Source: an uncultured Erysipelotrichaceae bacterium (GTDB lineage: Bacteria; Bacillota_I; Bacilli_A; RFN20; CAG-826). From it: DNA of 64,000 bases. The stretch lies in contig CADCDA010000004.1 in NCBI GenBank assembly GCA_902800025.1, positions 51,365-115,364 on the forward strand, written 5' to 3'. Below the pieces are notes generated by a model that was not told the DNA's origin, did no database searches, and saw only the letters and a list, made by a program, of their open reading frames with translations. The translations under genes and the position numbers were made by a program. Shown piece by piece: positions 29,872 to 39,525 of this stretch (the first letter of the stretch is position 1; every line of letters begins with the position of its first letter).

Positions 29872-30486
29872 ATGGAAATATATACAGGTAAATCTATTGA
29901 TGAAGCCTTAACAAAAGCTTCAGAAAAAAGTGGCACACCAATCGAAAATTTGATTTATCGTGACACTGGAAAAACTGTTGGTTTATTCTCTAAAAAAGTC
30001 CAAGTCGAAGTATATGAACTCGCTGATGTTGTGAGATATGCTGAAGATTATTTATTAAATGCTACTGATGCTTTAGGAATTGAAAGCTCAGTTAAATCTA
30101 GACTCGATGACGATGTCATTAGAATTACTTTAGATAGCACTCATAATCCAATTTTAATTGGAAAGAACGGTGTTACTCTTCAAGCGTTTAATGAATTAGT
30201 TAAACTCGCTACAAATAATTACTTCCACAGAAGATTTAGAATCTTACTTGATATTAACGGATACAAAGATAACAAGTATTCAAAGCTTGAAAGACTTGCT
30301 AGAAAAATCGCAAAGGATGTTCAAAAGAGCAAGACTACTTATACCTTTGATCCAATGCCAGCCGATGAAAGAAGAGCCATTCATAATGCTCTTAATGGTT
30401 GGAGAAATATTAAGACAGAATCAATCGGAGAAGGAAGCCACAGACAAATTCAAATCATTTACGTTGAAAGTAAAGAAAGTAAATAA
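29872..30486 (+). CDS. khpB: Jag/KhpB (EloR) RNA-binding protein (Jag_N-KH-R3H)
   Basis: 204 aa. KH-like LIGKNGVTLQAFNELV and R3H-like DPMPADERRAIHNAL, in the conserved position after yidC. Confidence 0.85.
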   Translation: MEIYTGKSIDEALTKASEKSGTPIENLIYRDTGKTVGLFSKKVQVEVYELADVVRYAEDYLLNATDALGIESSVKSRLDDDVIRITLDSTHNPILIGKNGVTLQAFNELVKLATNNYFHRRFRILLDINGYKDNKYSKLERLARKIAKDVQKSKTTYTFDPMPADERRAIHNALNGWRNIKTESIGEGSHRQIQIIYVESKESK

Positions 30487-30492
30487 TAAAAT

Positions 30493-30512
30493 GCACCCTT
30501 TGGGTGCTTTTT
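30493..30512 (+). terminator. Rho-independent terminator after jag
   Basis: Hairpin gcaccc-ttt-gggtgc followed by TTTTT. Confidence 0.7.
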
Positions 30513-30525
30513 AGAATAAGAGCCT

Positions 30526-31854
30526 ATGTTTGAAACAATCGTCGCTTTAGCTACAGCGCCTATGAAAAGCGCACTTCACATCATTAGAGTGTCTGGTGAT
30601 GATTGTTTTGACATTGTTTCCAAATGTTTCTCTAAAGATATTAGAGATATTAAAGAAAGAACACTTCTTGTCGGCCACATAATAAATGAAGACAAAATAG
30701 TTGATGAAGTAGTTGTTGCAATTTATAAAGGGCCGAAATCATTTACTGGCGAAGATTTAGTGGAAATTATTTGCCATGGAAGTGTTTTAATCGCCAACGA
30801 AATAATTGAGTTATTGCTCTCTAAAGGCGCAAGACTCGCCACGAATGGTGAATATACCTCTCGTGCGTTCTTGCATGAAAGAATTGATTTAATTCAAGCT
30901 GAAGCGATTAATGATGCGATTAATGCTTCAACTAGAGAAGCAAAAGAATTATCCATGCTTTCTTTAAAAGGTGAAACAAGTAAATTAATCGTTCCACTTA
31001 GAACAAGAATTGCCGATATTCTATCTTTGATAGAAGTCAATATCGATTATCCTGAATATGAAGATATTGAAGTAGCGAATAAAGATCATGTTGTTTCCCT
31101 AGTTGATGAACTCGTTCCTCGAATTGATAAACTTGTTGACGAAGGTGAAAAAGGATTAATTGTTAAAGAAGGCGTTAAAGTCGCTCTTGTTGGTAAACCA
31201 AATGTTGGTAAATCTTCTTTATTAAACGCTTTATTAGGAGAATCTAAAGCGATTGTTACTGATATTGCAGGAACAACAAGAGATATCGTTGAAGGCGAAA
31301 TAAATTTAAGCGGCATTGTTTTACATCTATTAGATACCGCTGGTATTAGAGAAGTCGATGACAAAGTTGAATCTATCGGTGTTAATAAATCGAAAGATGC
31401 GATTAAAGAAGCTGACTTAGTTATCGTTCTTTTAGATGCATCTAATGAATTAGATGAGCAAGACAAAGAGATCCTTGAACTCGTAAAAGATGTACCGCAC
31501 ATTATTACATACAATAAAGTCGATAAATCTAATAATAGAGACAAAGAAGGAATTTATATTTCTGCTTTAAATAACGACATCACTCCTTTAAAGGATGCGA
31601 TATACGAAAGACTTGGTTTAAAAGAAGAGACATTTAGAACTCCTTCTTTAAATAACACAAGGCAATTAGGTTTATTAAAGAATGTAAAAGAAAGCTTATT
31701 AAAGGCTAAAGAAGATGCGCTTAACGATTTACCAATCGACTTAGTAAGCGTTTCTTTACGTGATGCTTATAATTCCGTATTAGAGATCTTAGGTGAATAC
31801 AATCAAACAGATATTTCTAAAGAGATCTTCTCAAGATTTTGTGTTGGTAAATAA
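30526..31854 (+). CDS. mnmE: tRNA modification GTPase MnmE
   Basis: 442 aa. N-terminus TIVALATAP, G domain GKPNVGKSSLLNAL / DTAGIRE / NKVD, and the C-terminal FCVGK motif. Confidence 0.95.
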   Translation: MFETIVALATAPMKSALHIIRVSGDDCFDIVSKCFSKDIRDIKERTLLVGHIINEDKIVDEVVVAIYKGPKSFTGEDLVEIICHGSVLIANEIIELLLSKGARLATNGEYTSRAFLHERIDLIQAEAINDAINASTREAKELSMLSLKGETSKLIVPLRTRIADILSLIEVNIDYPEYEDIEVANKDHVVSLVDELVPRIDKLVDEGEKGLIVKEGVKVALVGKPNVGKSSLLNALLGESKAIVTDIAGTTRDIVEGEINLSGIVLHLLDTAGIREVDDKVESIGVNKSKDAIKEADLVIVLLDASNELDEQDKEILELVKDVPHIITYNKVDKSNNRDKEGIYISALNNDITPLKDAIYERLGLKEETFRTPSLNNTRQLGLLKNVKESLLKAKEDALNDLPIDLVSVSLRDAYNSVLEILGEYNQTDISKEIFSRFCVGK

Positions 31855-31856
31855 TT

Positions 31857-32630
31857 ATGATGTTTGATTCCCATTGTCATCTCAATGATGAAAATTTATA
31901 TCCAAGAATAGATGAAGTGATTGATGCCGCTAAAAAGACTGGCGTTAAAAAGTTTTTAGTTGTTGGTTATGATAAAGCTTCTTCTTTTCTGGCGGTTGAT
32001 ATCGCTAATAGATATGAAGAATGCTACGCGGCAATTGGCTTTCATCCAACCGAAATAGAAGGTGTTAGTGACAAAGATTATCACGACACGATGGCACTTA
32101 TATCTAATAATAAAGTAGTCGCTATTGGAGAGATTGGGTTAGATTATCACTGGGTCAAAGATGAACAATTAAGAAACAATCAAAAAGAGTGGTTCATTAA
32201 GCAAATTGAATTCGCTAATGAGCACCATTTACCAATTTCAATTCATAATCGAGAAAGCACAGAAGACTGTGTTGAAATTTTAAAGGAACACACCCCAAAA
32301 TTTGGAGGTGTAATGCACTGCTATTCTGGTAGTGTTGAAACGATGAACGAAGTAATAAAACTAGGTCTTCATATTGCCTTAGGAGGAACCGTAACTTTCA
32401 CTAATGCAAAGACACCAAAAGAAGTCGCTGAAGCAGTTCCTTTAGATAAATTATTAATTGAAACTGACTCCCCATATTTAACACCTCATCCACATAGAGG
32501 CGAGAAAAACGAACCGAAATATATTTGCTTAGTTTTAGAAGAAATTGCAAGAATTAAAGACATGTCAAAAAAGCATTTAGAAGATGTGATTTATAAGAAT
32601 ACATGTCGCTTATTTAACATCGATGAATAA
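31857..32630 (+). CDS. tatD: TatD-family metal-dependent DNase/hydrolase (YabD)
   Basis: 257 aa. Contains DSHCHLN, AIGEIGLDYHW, HCYSGS and LIETDSPYLTPHPHRG. Confidence 0.85.
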   Translation: MMFDSHCHLNDENLYPRIDEVIDAAKKTGVKKFLVVGYDKASSFLAVDIANRYEECYAAIGFHPTEIEGVSDKDYHDTMALISNNKVVAIGEIGLDYHWVKDEQLRNNQKEWFIKQIEFANEHHLPISIHNRESTEDCVEILKEHTPKFGGVMHCYSGSVETMNEVIKLGLHIALGGTVTFTNAKTPKEVAEAVPLDKLLIETDSPYLTPHPHRGEKNEPKYICLVLEEIARIKDMSKKHLEDVIYKNTCRLFNIDE

Positions 32631-33153
32631 GATAAAAATTGATGGAGTATTAATTGTTGAAGGCAAAGATGATGTAAGTTATTTATCATCATTTATTGAC
32701 GCTTTGTTTTTCACCACTCAAGGATACGATTTGAATAAGGAAAAAATAAGTTTTTTATCAAGAGCGTCTTCGAAGAATAAGCTCATAATTTTCACTGATC
32801 CTGATGAAGCTGGTGAGAGAATTAGAAACACGATAAAAGCCAACATTAAACCGATATTTGAGGCAAAATGTGAGAAAATTACCAGAAAAGATAAGAAAAA
32901 ATCCGGTATTGCAGAAATGGAAAAGACCGCTGTTATAGAAGCCTTAAAAGACTTCACCACCACTGGAGAAATTTCTAGATATAACTACCGCCTTTCTTCC
33001 CTTATATCATTAAGCGATAATCCAGGCGTAACTAGACAAAAGATTATTGATAAATATGGGTTAATTTATGGAAATAACAGTAGCGTTGAAAATCAACTCA
33101 ATATATTAAAAATAACTCCACAAGAATTAGAGGAATTTATTAATGGAAATTAA
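32623..33153 (+). CDS. rnmV: Ribonuclease M5 (Toprim domain)
   Basis: 176 aa. Toprim motifs IVEGKDD and FTDPDEAGERIR, in the conserved position before rsmA. Confidence 0.85.
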   Translation: MNKIKIDGVLIVEGKDDVSYLSSFIDALFFTTQGYDLNKEKISFLSRASSKNKLIIFTDPDEAGERIRNTIKANIKPIFEAKCEKITRKDKKKSGIAEMEKTAVIEALKDFTTTGEISRYNYRLSSLISLSDNPGVTRQKIIDKYGLIYGNNSSVENQLNILKITPQELEEFINGN

Positions 33154-33937
33154 TCGTTCTAACATTAACGAATTAGTGAATAAATGTTCCGTAAAACCTG
33201 ATAAGGATTATGGTCAAAATTTTCTTGTGGAACCTCAAATTGCCGAAAAGATTGTCGACTCATTAGAACTAACAAAAGAAGATAAAGTCTTAGAGATTGG
33301 TCCAGGATTAGGATCACTCACTCATTTCTTATTTCAAAAGTGTCAACTTGATGTCTGTGATATCGATTATCGAATGATTGATTTCCTCAAAATCTTTTAT
33401 AAGGAAGACATCAATTTCATCCTCAATGATGTTAGAAAAATAAATGTTAGTGGATATACAAAAATTATAGGTAATCTCCCATATAACATTACGACAGAAC
33501 TTGTCACATTTTTATTATTAAATTCATCCGCTAAAAGGATGGTGTTAATGTGTCAAAGTGAAGCATTTAATCGCTTCTACGATTTGTCTGGTGAGAATTA
33601 TGGACCGGTGTCAATTTTGTTACATTTATTAGGAACTTCAAAAAAGGTGTTAACCGTTAAGCCAGGAAGTTTTTACCCAGCTCCTAAATGCAATTCGCTC
33701 GTCTTTGTGTTTGATAGTTTGCCAACTATAGACAAAGAGACTGCGATTAATGTTTATAAGATGAGTAAAACCATTTTCCTCAATCGAAGGAAGACCATTT
33801 TAAATAATCTATCTAATGTCATCGGAAAAGAAAAAACAATTTCTATTCTTAAAGAATTGAACATCGAAGAGAATAGAAGACCAGAGAAAATTAGTCCTAC
33901 TGATTATTTACAAATATATTTAAGAATAAAGAATTAA
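33143..33937 (+). CDS. rsmA: 16S rRNA (adenine1518/1519-N6)-dimethyltransferase
   Basis: 264 aa. Contains GQNFLVEP, the SAM motif LEIGPGLGSLT, and GNLPYNITT. Confidence 0.9.
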   Translation: MEINRSNINELVNKCSVKPDKDYGQNFLVEPQIAEKIVDSLELTKEDKVLEIGPGLGSLTHFLFQKCQLDVCDIDYRMIDFLKIFYKEDINFILNDVRKINVSGYTKIIGNLPYNITTELVTFLLLNSSAKRMVLMCQSEAFNRFYDLSGENYGPVSILLHLLGTSKKVLTVKPGSFYPAPKCNSLVFVFDSLPTIDKETAINVYKMSKTIFLNRRKTILNNLSNVIGKEKTISILKELNIEENRRPEKISPTDYLQIYLRIKN

Positions 33938-33958
33938 TATTATAATGGAGGTGTAGTT

Positions 33959-34813
33959 ATGATTAGATCTGTTAAAAGCTTTGCAAAAATTAATATTTCT
34001 TTAGATATCGTCAAAAAAAGAGAAGATGGATATCATGAACTAGATTCCGTCATGCTTCCAATTGATTTGCACGACTCGATTATAATTGAAACTCTAAGTG
34101 TCGGTTCTGATAACTTTGTTACCGTTGATGATTTTTCAAATGGATTAATTCACTATAACTTAGCTTCTAGTGCAATTAATGCTTTGTCTGATAAATATGG
34201 ATTTACCACAAAGTTTAGAATCTATATTCATAAAAACATTCCTATGCAAGCTGGATTAGGTGGAGGAAGTAGTAACGCTGCCTTTACCATGAAAGCAGTG
34301 AATTCAATACTTAATTTAAAAGCCACTGATGAGGAATTGATTGAATTAGCGACACCTTTAGGCGCTGATATCCCATTCTTTATTCCTTGCGTGCCATCTA
34401 GATGTAGAGGCATCGGCGAGAAGATTGAACCAATTGAAATTAAAAACAATTACTATGTTTTATTAGTAAAACCAAACACCGGTTGCTCCACTAAAGAAGT
34501 ATTCGCTTTAGCGGACACTATGAAATACCATCATCCAGACATTAAAAGAGTGTTAGAAGCCTTAAGAGTGGGTGATGATGAAATGCTCGCGGACTTTATA
34601 GGAAACTCTTTAGAAGATGCAGCAATCCGTTTAGTTCCTGAAATCGCACAAATTAAACAAACACTTTTAGATAGAGGATTTAAAATCGTCCTTATGAGTG
34701 GAAGCGGGTCAACCGTGTTCGCATTATCTCAAGATAATAAATTAATAAAGAAAGTTGCTAAAGAATTAGAAAACCACTACTTTGTTGAAACTTGTAAAGT
34801 TTTAAAGAAATAG
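33959..34813 (+). CDS. ispE: 4-diphosphocytidyl-2-C-methyl-D-erythritol kinase
   Basis: 284 aa. N-terminus AKINISLDIVKKREDGYHEL and the GHMP kinase motif PMQAGLGGGSSNAA. Confidence 0.85.
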   Translation: MIRSVKSFAKINISLDIVKKREDGYHELDSVMLPIDLHDSIIIETLSVGSDNFVTVDDFSNGLIHYNLASSAINALSDKYGFTTKFRIYIHKNIPMQAGLGGGSSNAAFTMKAVNSILNLKATDEELIELATPLGADIPFFIPCVPSRCRGIGEKIEPIEIKNNYYVLLVKPNTGCSTKEVFALADTMKYHHPDIKRVLEALRVGDDEMLADFIGNSLEDAAIRLVPEIAQIKQTLLDRGFKIVLMSGSGSTVFALSQDNKLIKKVAKELENHYFVETCKVLKK

Positions 34814-34824
34814 GAGGAAATAAA

Positions 34825-35850
34825 GTGAAAGAAAAATATGTTGTTGTATTAGGAGCAGGACGTGGTTCAAGAATGGAATCCCGTGATCCTAATCATTCAA
34901 AGGTTACTTTTCCTATTTTAGGAAAGCCTTTAATTAATTATGTAATCGACGCTGTTAAACCTTTAGGTTTAAAAGAAATATATACCGTTGTTGGATATGG
35001 TGGAAAAGCCACCGAAGAATGCGTCAAACACCATAGTAAAGTAGTTTGGCAAAAAGAAATCTTAGGTACAGGCCACGCTTTAAAACAAGTCACCGAATTA
35101 AAAGACAAAGAAGGTGATGTTATTGTTGTGGGTGGTGAAATGCCTTTATTAACAACTGATACTTTGTATAAGGTTTATCATAAGCACGAAAAGAACGGCA
35201 ATGCTTTAACTATATGTACATCGGTTATGGAATCTCCACAAGGATATGGACGTGTTATAAGAGAAAAAGGTAGCTATCGTTTATTAGACATTGTTGAAGA
35301 TAAAGACTGCACTCCTGAACAAGCAGAAATCGAAGAAGTTAACGCTGGAATTTATATTATTGATAATGCATTACTTCAAAAATATCTCCCAAAATTAAGC
35401 AATAAGAACGCTAAAGGAGAATATTATCTATCTGAGTTAGTTAAACTATTCAATAATGATGGATATAAATGTGATACATACGTTTTAGAAGACGCTAGAG
35501 ATATCTTCTGTGTCAGTGATCGATTCCAATTGAGTTATGCTGCTAAAGTCCTTAGAAAGAGAATTAATAGAAAATTACTCCTTCAAGGAGTGTCTATCGA
35601 AGATCCTGATACCGCTTATATCTCTCCAGAAGTAATTATCGGCAAAGATACAGTTATTTTGCCTAACACCACCATTTACGGCAAATGTGAAATTGGCGAA
35701 GCCAACTTCATTGGTCCAAATACAATGATCATCAATAGTGTTATCGGTAACGATAACCATATCATCAGTTCGTTTGTTAGAAACTCTGTTGTTTCAAACA
35801 ATAAAACCATTGGTCCATATGTGGAAATGGAGGACGAAGAATTATGTTAA
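34825..35850 (+). CDS. glmU: GlmU-like N-acetylglucosamine-1-phosphate uridyltransferase lacking the C-terminal acetyltransferase catalytic portion
   Basis: GTG start with an AGGAGG SD. VVLGAGRGSRM, GTGHA and EYYLSE match the GlmU pyrophosphorylase domain. The left-handed beta-helix begins (ISPEVIIGKDTVILPNTTIYGKCEIGEANFIGP) but the protein stops at 341 aa, whereas B. subtilis GlmU (GcaD), as I recall it, is about 456 aa. It sits in the syntenic position after ispE. Confidence 0.75.
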   Translation: MKEKYVVVLGAGRGSRMESRDPNHSKVTFPILGKPLINYVIDAVKPLGLKEIYTVVGYGGKATEECVKHHSKVVWQKEILGTGHALKQVTELKDKEGDVIVVGGEMPLLTTDTLYKVYHKHEKNGNALTICTSVMESPQGYGRVIREKGSYRLLDIVEDKDCTPEQAEIEEVNAGIYIIDNALLQKYLPKLSNKNAKGEYYLSELVKLFNNDGYKCDTYVLEDARDIFCVSDRFQLSYAAKVLRKRINRKLLLQGVSIEDPDTAYISPEVIIGKDTVILPNTTIYGKCEIGEANFIGPNTMIINSVIGNDNHIISSFVRNSVVSNNKTIGPYVEMEDEELC

Positions 35851-36092
35851 TCATCGACTCGTTTGGAAAGAATATCTATGTCGATGAAAAACTAGTTGGT
35901 TATGTTGGAGAAAACGTCCTCTATATCAACGGAAAGAAGTTTGCGGAAATAACTGATGAAGGAGAAATCTATTTCCCTCCAAAGAAAATCGGATATGTCG
36001 ACGATGATGGTTCAATTATCATTAACGACAGAGAAGTTGGATATATAGATGGAGATAATAACTTCGTCTTCTACCATTCATTAGCGAAATAG
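35844..36092 (+). CDS. Small repeat protein (about five 16-aa G-x-I-Y...VGYVD repeats; beta-flower-like)
   Basis: 82 aa. The start overlaps the glmU-like stop (ATGTTAA). Repeats are visible as KLVGYVGENVLY / KKIGYVDDDGSI / REVGYIDGDNNF. Confidence 0.5.
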   Translation: MLIIDSFGKNIYVDEKLVGYVGENVLYINGKKFAEITDEGEIYFPPKKIGYVDDDGSIIINDREVGYIDGDNNFVFYHSLAK

Positions 36093-36109
36093 CGGGAAAC
36101 CGCTTTTTC
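36091..36109 (+). terminator. Rho-independent terminator
   Basis: Hairpin agcgg-gaaa-ccgct followed by TTTTT. Confidence 0.6.
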
Positions 36110-36143
36110 TTTTCGAAACCATATAAGAAACCAGATAAACTAA

Positions 36144-36172
36144 CAAAAAAAGCGATCACCGAAGTGACCGCT
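36144..36172 (-). terminator. Rho-independent terminator after ppdK
   Basis: Minus-strand hairpin agcggtcac-ttcg-gtgatcgct followed by TTTTTTT. Confidence 0.65.
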
Positions 36173-36197
36173 AATTTTGTATATAGTTGGCTGAAAA

Positions 36198-38843
36198 CTA
36201 TTTCTTTCTTGGATTTCTAATTGCAGCTTGTGCAGCAGCAAGTCTTGCCACAGGAACACGGAATGGTGAACATGAGACATAGTCTAATCCAGCGTCATGG
36301 TAGAATTGGATGGAGTTTGGTTCACCACCAGTTTCACCACAGACACCAACGTGTAATGTTGGTCTGGTTTCTCTACCTTCCTTAACGGAAAGTTTGATTA
36401 ATCTACCAACACCGTGTTGATCGAGTGTCTTGAATGGATCTTCTTCGAAGATCTTGTTGCTGTAATAGTCTGGTAAGAATTTGGAAGCATCATCACGGCT
36501 GAAACCAAATGTCATTTGTGTTAAGTCGTTTGTTCCGAAGGAGAAGAATTCTGCTTCTTCTGCGATTTCGCCAGATAATAAGGCAGCACGTGGAATTTCA
36601 ATCATTGTACCAACATGGTATTTCATGTTAACACCAGCGGCCTTAATGACTTCGTCAGCAGTCTTTGTAACGATCGCTTTGACGAATCTGAATTCTCTGA
36701 TATCCAAGGTTAATGGAATCATGATTTCTGGTTCAATATGTAAACCTTTTCTTGCATTGACTGCAATAGCGGCCTTGATAATAGCGCGGGTTTGCATTTC
36801 ACCGATTTCTGGATAGGAAACGTCTAAACGGCATCCTCTGTGACCCATCATTGGGTTGAATTCATGTAAGTCACTAATTCTCTTGTGAATGAATTCGACT
36901 GTGTGACCAGTTGCTTTTGCGAGTTCAGCAATCTTGTCTTCTTCTTGTGGTAAGAATTCATGTAGAGGTGGATCGAGTAAACGAACGTTAACGTTGAGTT
37001 CGCCCATTTCTTCAAATAAGCCTTCGAAGTCTTTTTGTTGTAATGGTTCGATTTCTGCTAATGCAGCAATTCTTTCTTCCTTGGTTTCGGCTAAGATCAT
37101 CTTTCTGAATGAGAAGATCTTGTCTTTATCGAAGAACATATGTTCTGTACGGCATAAGCCAATACCTTGAGCACCGAAGAGTTTTGCTTGATGTGCATCT
37201 CTTGGGGTGTCAGCATTTGTTCTAACTTTTAATTCTCTAGCTTCGTCAACCCAGCTCATGAGTCTACCGAAGTTACCACTGCTGAGGTCTGGTGCGACTT
37301 TCTTAATATCGCCAGAATAGACACTACCAGTGGAACCATCTAAGGATAATACATCCTTATCGGTGTAAACTTTGCCATTGATTGTGAGAGTCCTTGCTTC
37401 TTCATCGATTAATGCAGCAGCACAACCGGTGATACAGCATTTACCCATACCACGAGCAACGACAGCAGCGTGTGAGGTCATACCACCACGCATTGTGAGG
37501 ATACCTTCACAAGCAATCATACCTGCTAAATCTTCTGGGGAAGTTTCAGCACGGACTAAGACGACTTTTTCACCAGCAGCATGTCTTTGTTCGGCTTCTT
37601 CAGCGGTAAAGGCGATTGCACCTGTACCAGCGCCTGGGCCTGCTGGGTTACCTTTAGCGATTAATCTGCTTTGAGCAGCTGCTAAATCATCTTTGTCAAA
37701 GTTTGGTAATAATAACTTATCGAATGAAACTGGATCGATTCTGAGGACGGCTTCTTCTTTTGAAATTAAGCCTTCATCAACCATGTCACATGCCATCTTT
37801 AAGGCAGCGGCTGGTGTTCTCTTACCAGAACGTGTTTGTAAGAAGTAAAGTTTTCCTTCTTCAACTGTGAATTCCATATCTTGCATATCACGATAGTGGA
37901 GTTCCATGTTTTTGATTGTCTTGACGAATTGTTCGTAAACTTCTGGCATACGTCTCTTTAATTCATCAATGTGTAATGGTGTACGAATACCGGCAACAAC
38001 GTCTTCACCTTGTGCATTTGGTAAGTATTCAGCGGAGATTTCTTTTTCACCAGTTGCAGCGTTTCTTGAGAACGCAACACCTGTACCAGAGGTCTCGCCT
38101 TTGTTACCGAAGGCCATGGATTGAACGTTAACTGCAGTACCCCATGAATATGGGATTGAGTATTGCATACGATAGATGTTTGCACGTGGGTTGTCCCAGC
38201 TTCTAAAGACGGCTGCGACAGCTTCTAATAATTGTTCGCGTGGATCAGTTGGGAATTCTTCACCGAATGTCTTCTTGTAGTATTCTTTGTACTTGCCAAC
38301 TAAGACTTTTAATTCTTCGGTTGTAACTTCTGTATCGAGTTTGTATCCTTTTGCTTTCTTTAAATCATCAAGCATCTTGTCCATTTCGGTTCTTGGATGA
38401 CCTTTGGCGATGTTTGTGAACATAAGGATGAATCTACGGAAGCTATCCATAGCGAATCTTTCGTTGCCTGTTTCTTTTGCAAGAGCAGCAGCGGTTTTGT
38501 CATTTAAACCTAAGTTTAAGATGGTGTCCATCATACCTGGCATACTAACACGAGCGCCAGAACGGACAGAGACTAAAAGTGGATTGTGGTCGCCACCGAA
38601 TGTTTTTCCGGTTTTCTTTTCGACATCTTTGATTGCCTTGAAGATTTGTTCCTTAACAAATTCTGGAATCTTTTTGCCACTTTCATAGTAGAGTGTGCAA
38701 GCTTCAGTGGAAATTGTAAATCCTTCTGGGACTGGGACACCAATGTGTGTCATTTCGGCTAAGCCGGCACCTTTACCACCTAAGAGTTCCTTACCTAATC
38801 CGTAAGCTTCCTCAAAGGCGTAAACATATTTCTTTTCAGCCAT
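36198..38843 (-). CDS. ppdK: Pyruvate, phosphate dikinase
   Basis: Contains GGKGAGLAEM, the phosphohistidine region GGMTSHAAVVARG, and the C-terminal PEP-utilising TIM barrel (GTNDLTQ). I set the start at MAEKKYVY (38843), which has an AGGAGG SD 7 nt upstream. The ORF-track start at 38864 is rejected. Confidence 0.95.
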   Translation of the reverse strand: MAEKKYVYAFEEAYGLGKELLGGKGAGLAEMTHIGVPVPEGFTISTEACTLYYESGKKIPEFVKEQIFKAIKDVEKKTGKTFGGDHNPLLVSVRSGARVSMPGMMDTILNLGLNDKTAAALAKETGNERFAMDSFRRFILMFTNIAKGHPRTEMDKMLDDLKKAKGYKLDTEVTTEELKVLVGKYKEYYKKTFGEEFPTDPREQLLEAVAAVFRSWDNPRANIYRMQYSIPYSWGTAVNVQSMAFGNKGETSGTGVAFSRNAATGEKEISAEYLPNAQGEDVVAGIRTPLHIDELKRRMPEVYEQFVKTIKNMELHYRDMQDMEFTVEEGKLYFLQTRSGKRTPAAALKMACDMVDEGLISKEEAVLRIDPVSFDKLLLPNFDKDDLAAAQSRLIAKGNPAGPGAGTGAIAFTAEEAEQRHAAGEKVVLVRAETSPEDLAGMIACEGILTMRGGMTSHAAVVARGMGKCCITGCAAALIDEEARTLTINGKVYTDKDVLSLDGSTGSVYSGDIKKVAPDLSSGNFGRLMSWVDEARELKVRTNADTPRDAHQAKLFGAQGIGLCRTEHMFFDKDKIFSFRKMILAETKEERIAALAEIEPLQQKDFEGLFEEMGELNVNVRLLDPPLHEFLPQEEDKIAELAKATGHTVEFIHKRISDLHEFNPMMGHRGCRLDVSYPEIGEMQTRAIIKAAIAVNARKGLHIEPEIMIPLTLDIREFRFVKAIVTKTADEVIKAAGVNMKYHVGTMIEIPRAALLSGEIAEEAEFFSFGTNDLTQMTFGFSRDDASKFLPDYYSNKIFEEDPFKTLDQHGVGRLIKLSVKEGRETRPTLHVGVCGETGGEPNSIQFYHDAGLDYVSCSPFRVPVARLAAAQAAIRNPRKK

Positions 38844-38965
38844 ATTTTTCCTCCTATAGGGCATCAGGTAAGCGTCTACGTATCACGCTCACCAGCGTTA
38901 TATATTTTACTACACTCGCGTGCATATGGTGAAGATAAAATCGTAAAATGTTATAAAAAACGTAA

Positions 38966-38999
38966 AGAAAAAGAGACAAACTATGAAATGTTTGCCTCT
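38966..38999 (-). terminator. Rho-independent terminator after the 39020-39436 gene
   Basis: Minus-strand hairpin agaggcaaac-atttcata-gtttgtctct (one G-U pair) followed by TTTTC. Confidence 0.55.
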
Positions 39000-39019
39000 A
39001 AATCTCAGATTATGGTTTC

Positions 39020-39436
39020 TTACGCAGCCGCAACTTCGTTTCTTTTCACGACACCAACGATCCCACCGATTAAGATGAAAATATTGGCAGAAAGAACACC
39101 GAGCACGATACAGACGATAGATAACGCTGTAGTTTTAACACCGATAGTGACAAACGCCATAACCGCAGCGAGGAATGTAAAGATTGTAATCACAAGCTGT
39201 ACGGTAGCGGCTGATTTAGAGAAATTAACTAGTTGATTGTAAACTTCATCAATTTGAGCTTCGGTGTAAGTTGGATAAGAAGATTTGATTGCTTCTTTCA
39301 CTTGCGCAGCGATATCTGGGTTTGCTGCAGCACCAGCAATGCCATAGAAAAGGACTGTAAATACAAGTCCACCAATTGCGCCAAGAATTGCGAGGACACC
39401 ACCAATAATAAGAAGGGTTCTTGCTGTTTTGTTCAT
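39020..39436 (-). CDS. Hypothetical 4-TM membrane protein
   Basis: I set the start at MNKTARTLLIIGG (AAGGAG SD 7 nt upstream). 138 aa, hydrophobic, with no recognisable family motif. Confidence 0.6.
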   Translation of the reverse strand: MNKTARTLLIIGGVLAILGAIGGLVFTVLFYGIAGAAANPDIAAQVKEAIKSSYPTYTEAQIDEVYNQLVNFSKSAATVQLVITIFTFLAAVMAFVTIGVKTTALSIVCIVLGVLSANIFILIGGIVGVVKRNEVAAA

Positions 39437-39525
39437 TTTTTTCTCCTTGGTTGGATAAACCAACATCATATATTTTAGCACTTTTTCTTAGATGAACTAT
39501 ATAATAATTATGGAGATGATGCACT

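Noticed and set aside
38850-38910. GC-rich leader of ppdK with overlapping hairpins (ACGCT-GGTG-AGCGT and AGCGT-GATACGTAG-ACGCT), and a possible cre site (ATATAACGCTGGTGA).
   Set aside because: The cre consensus (TGWAANCGNTNWCA) is not satisfied. The stems are only 5 bp, so there is no basis for calling a riboswitch or attenuator.
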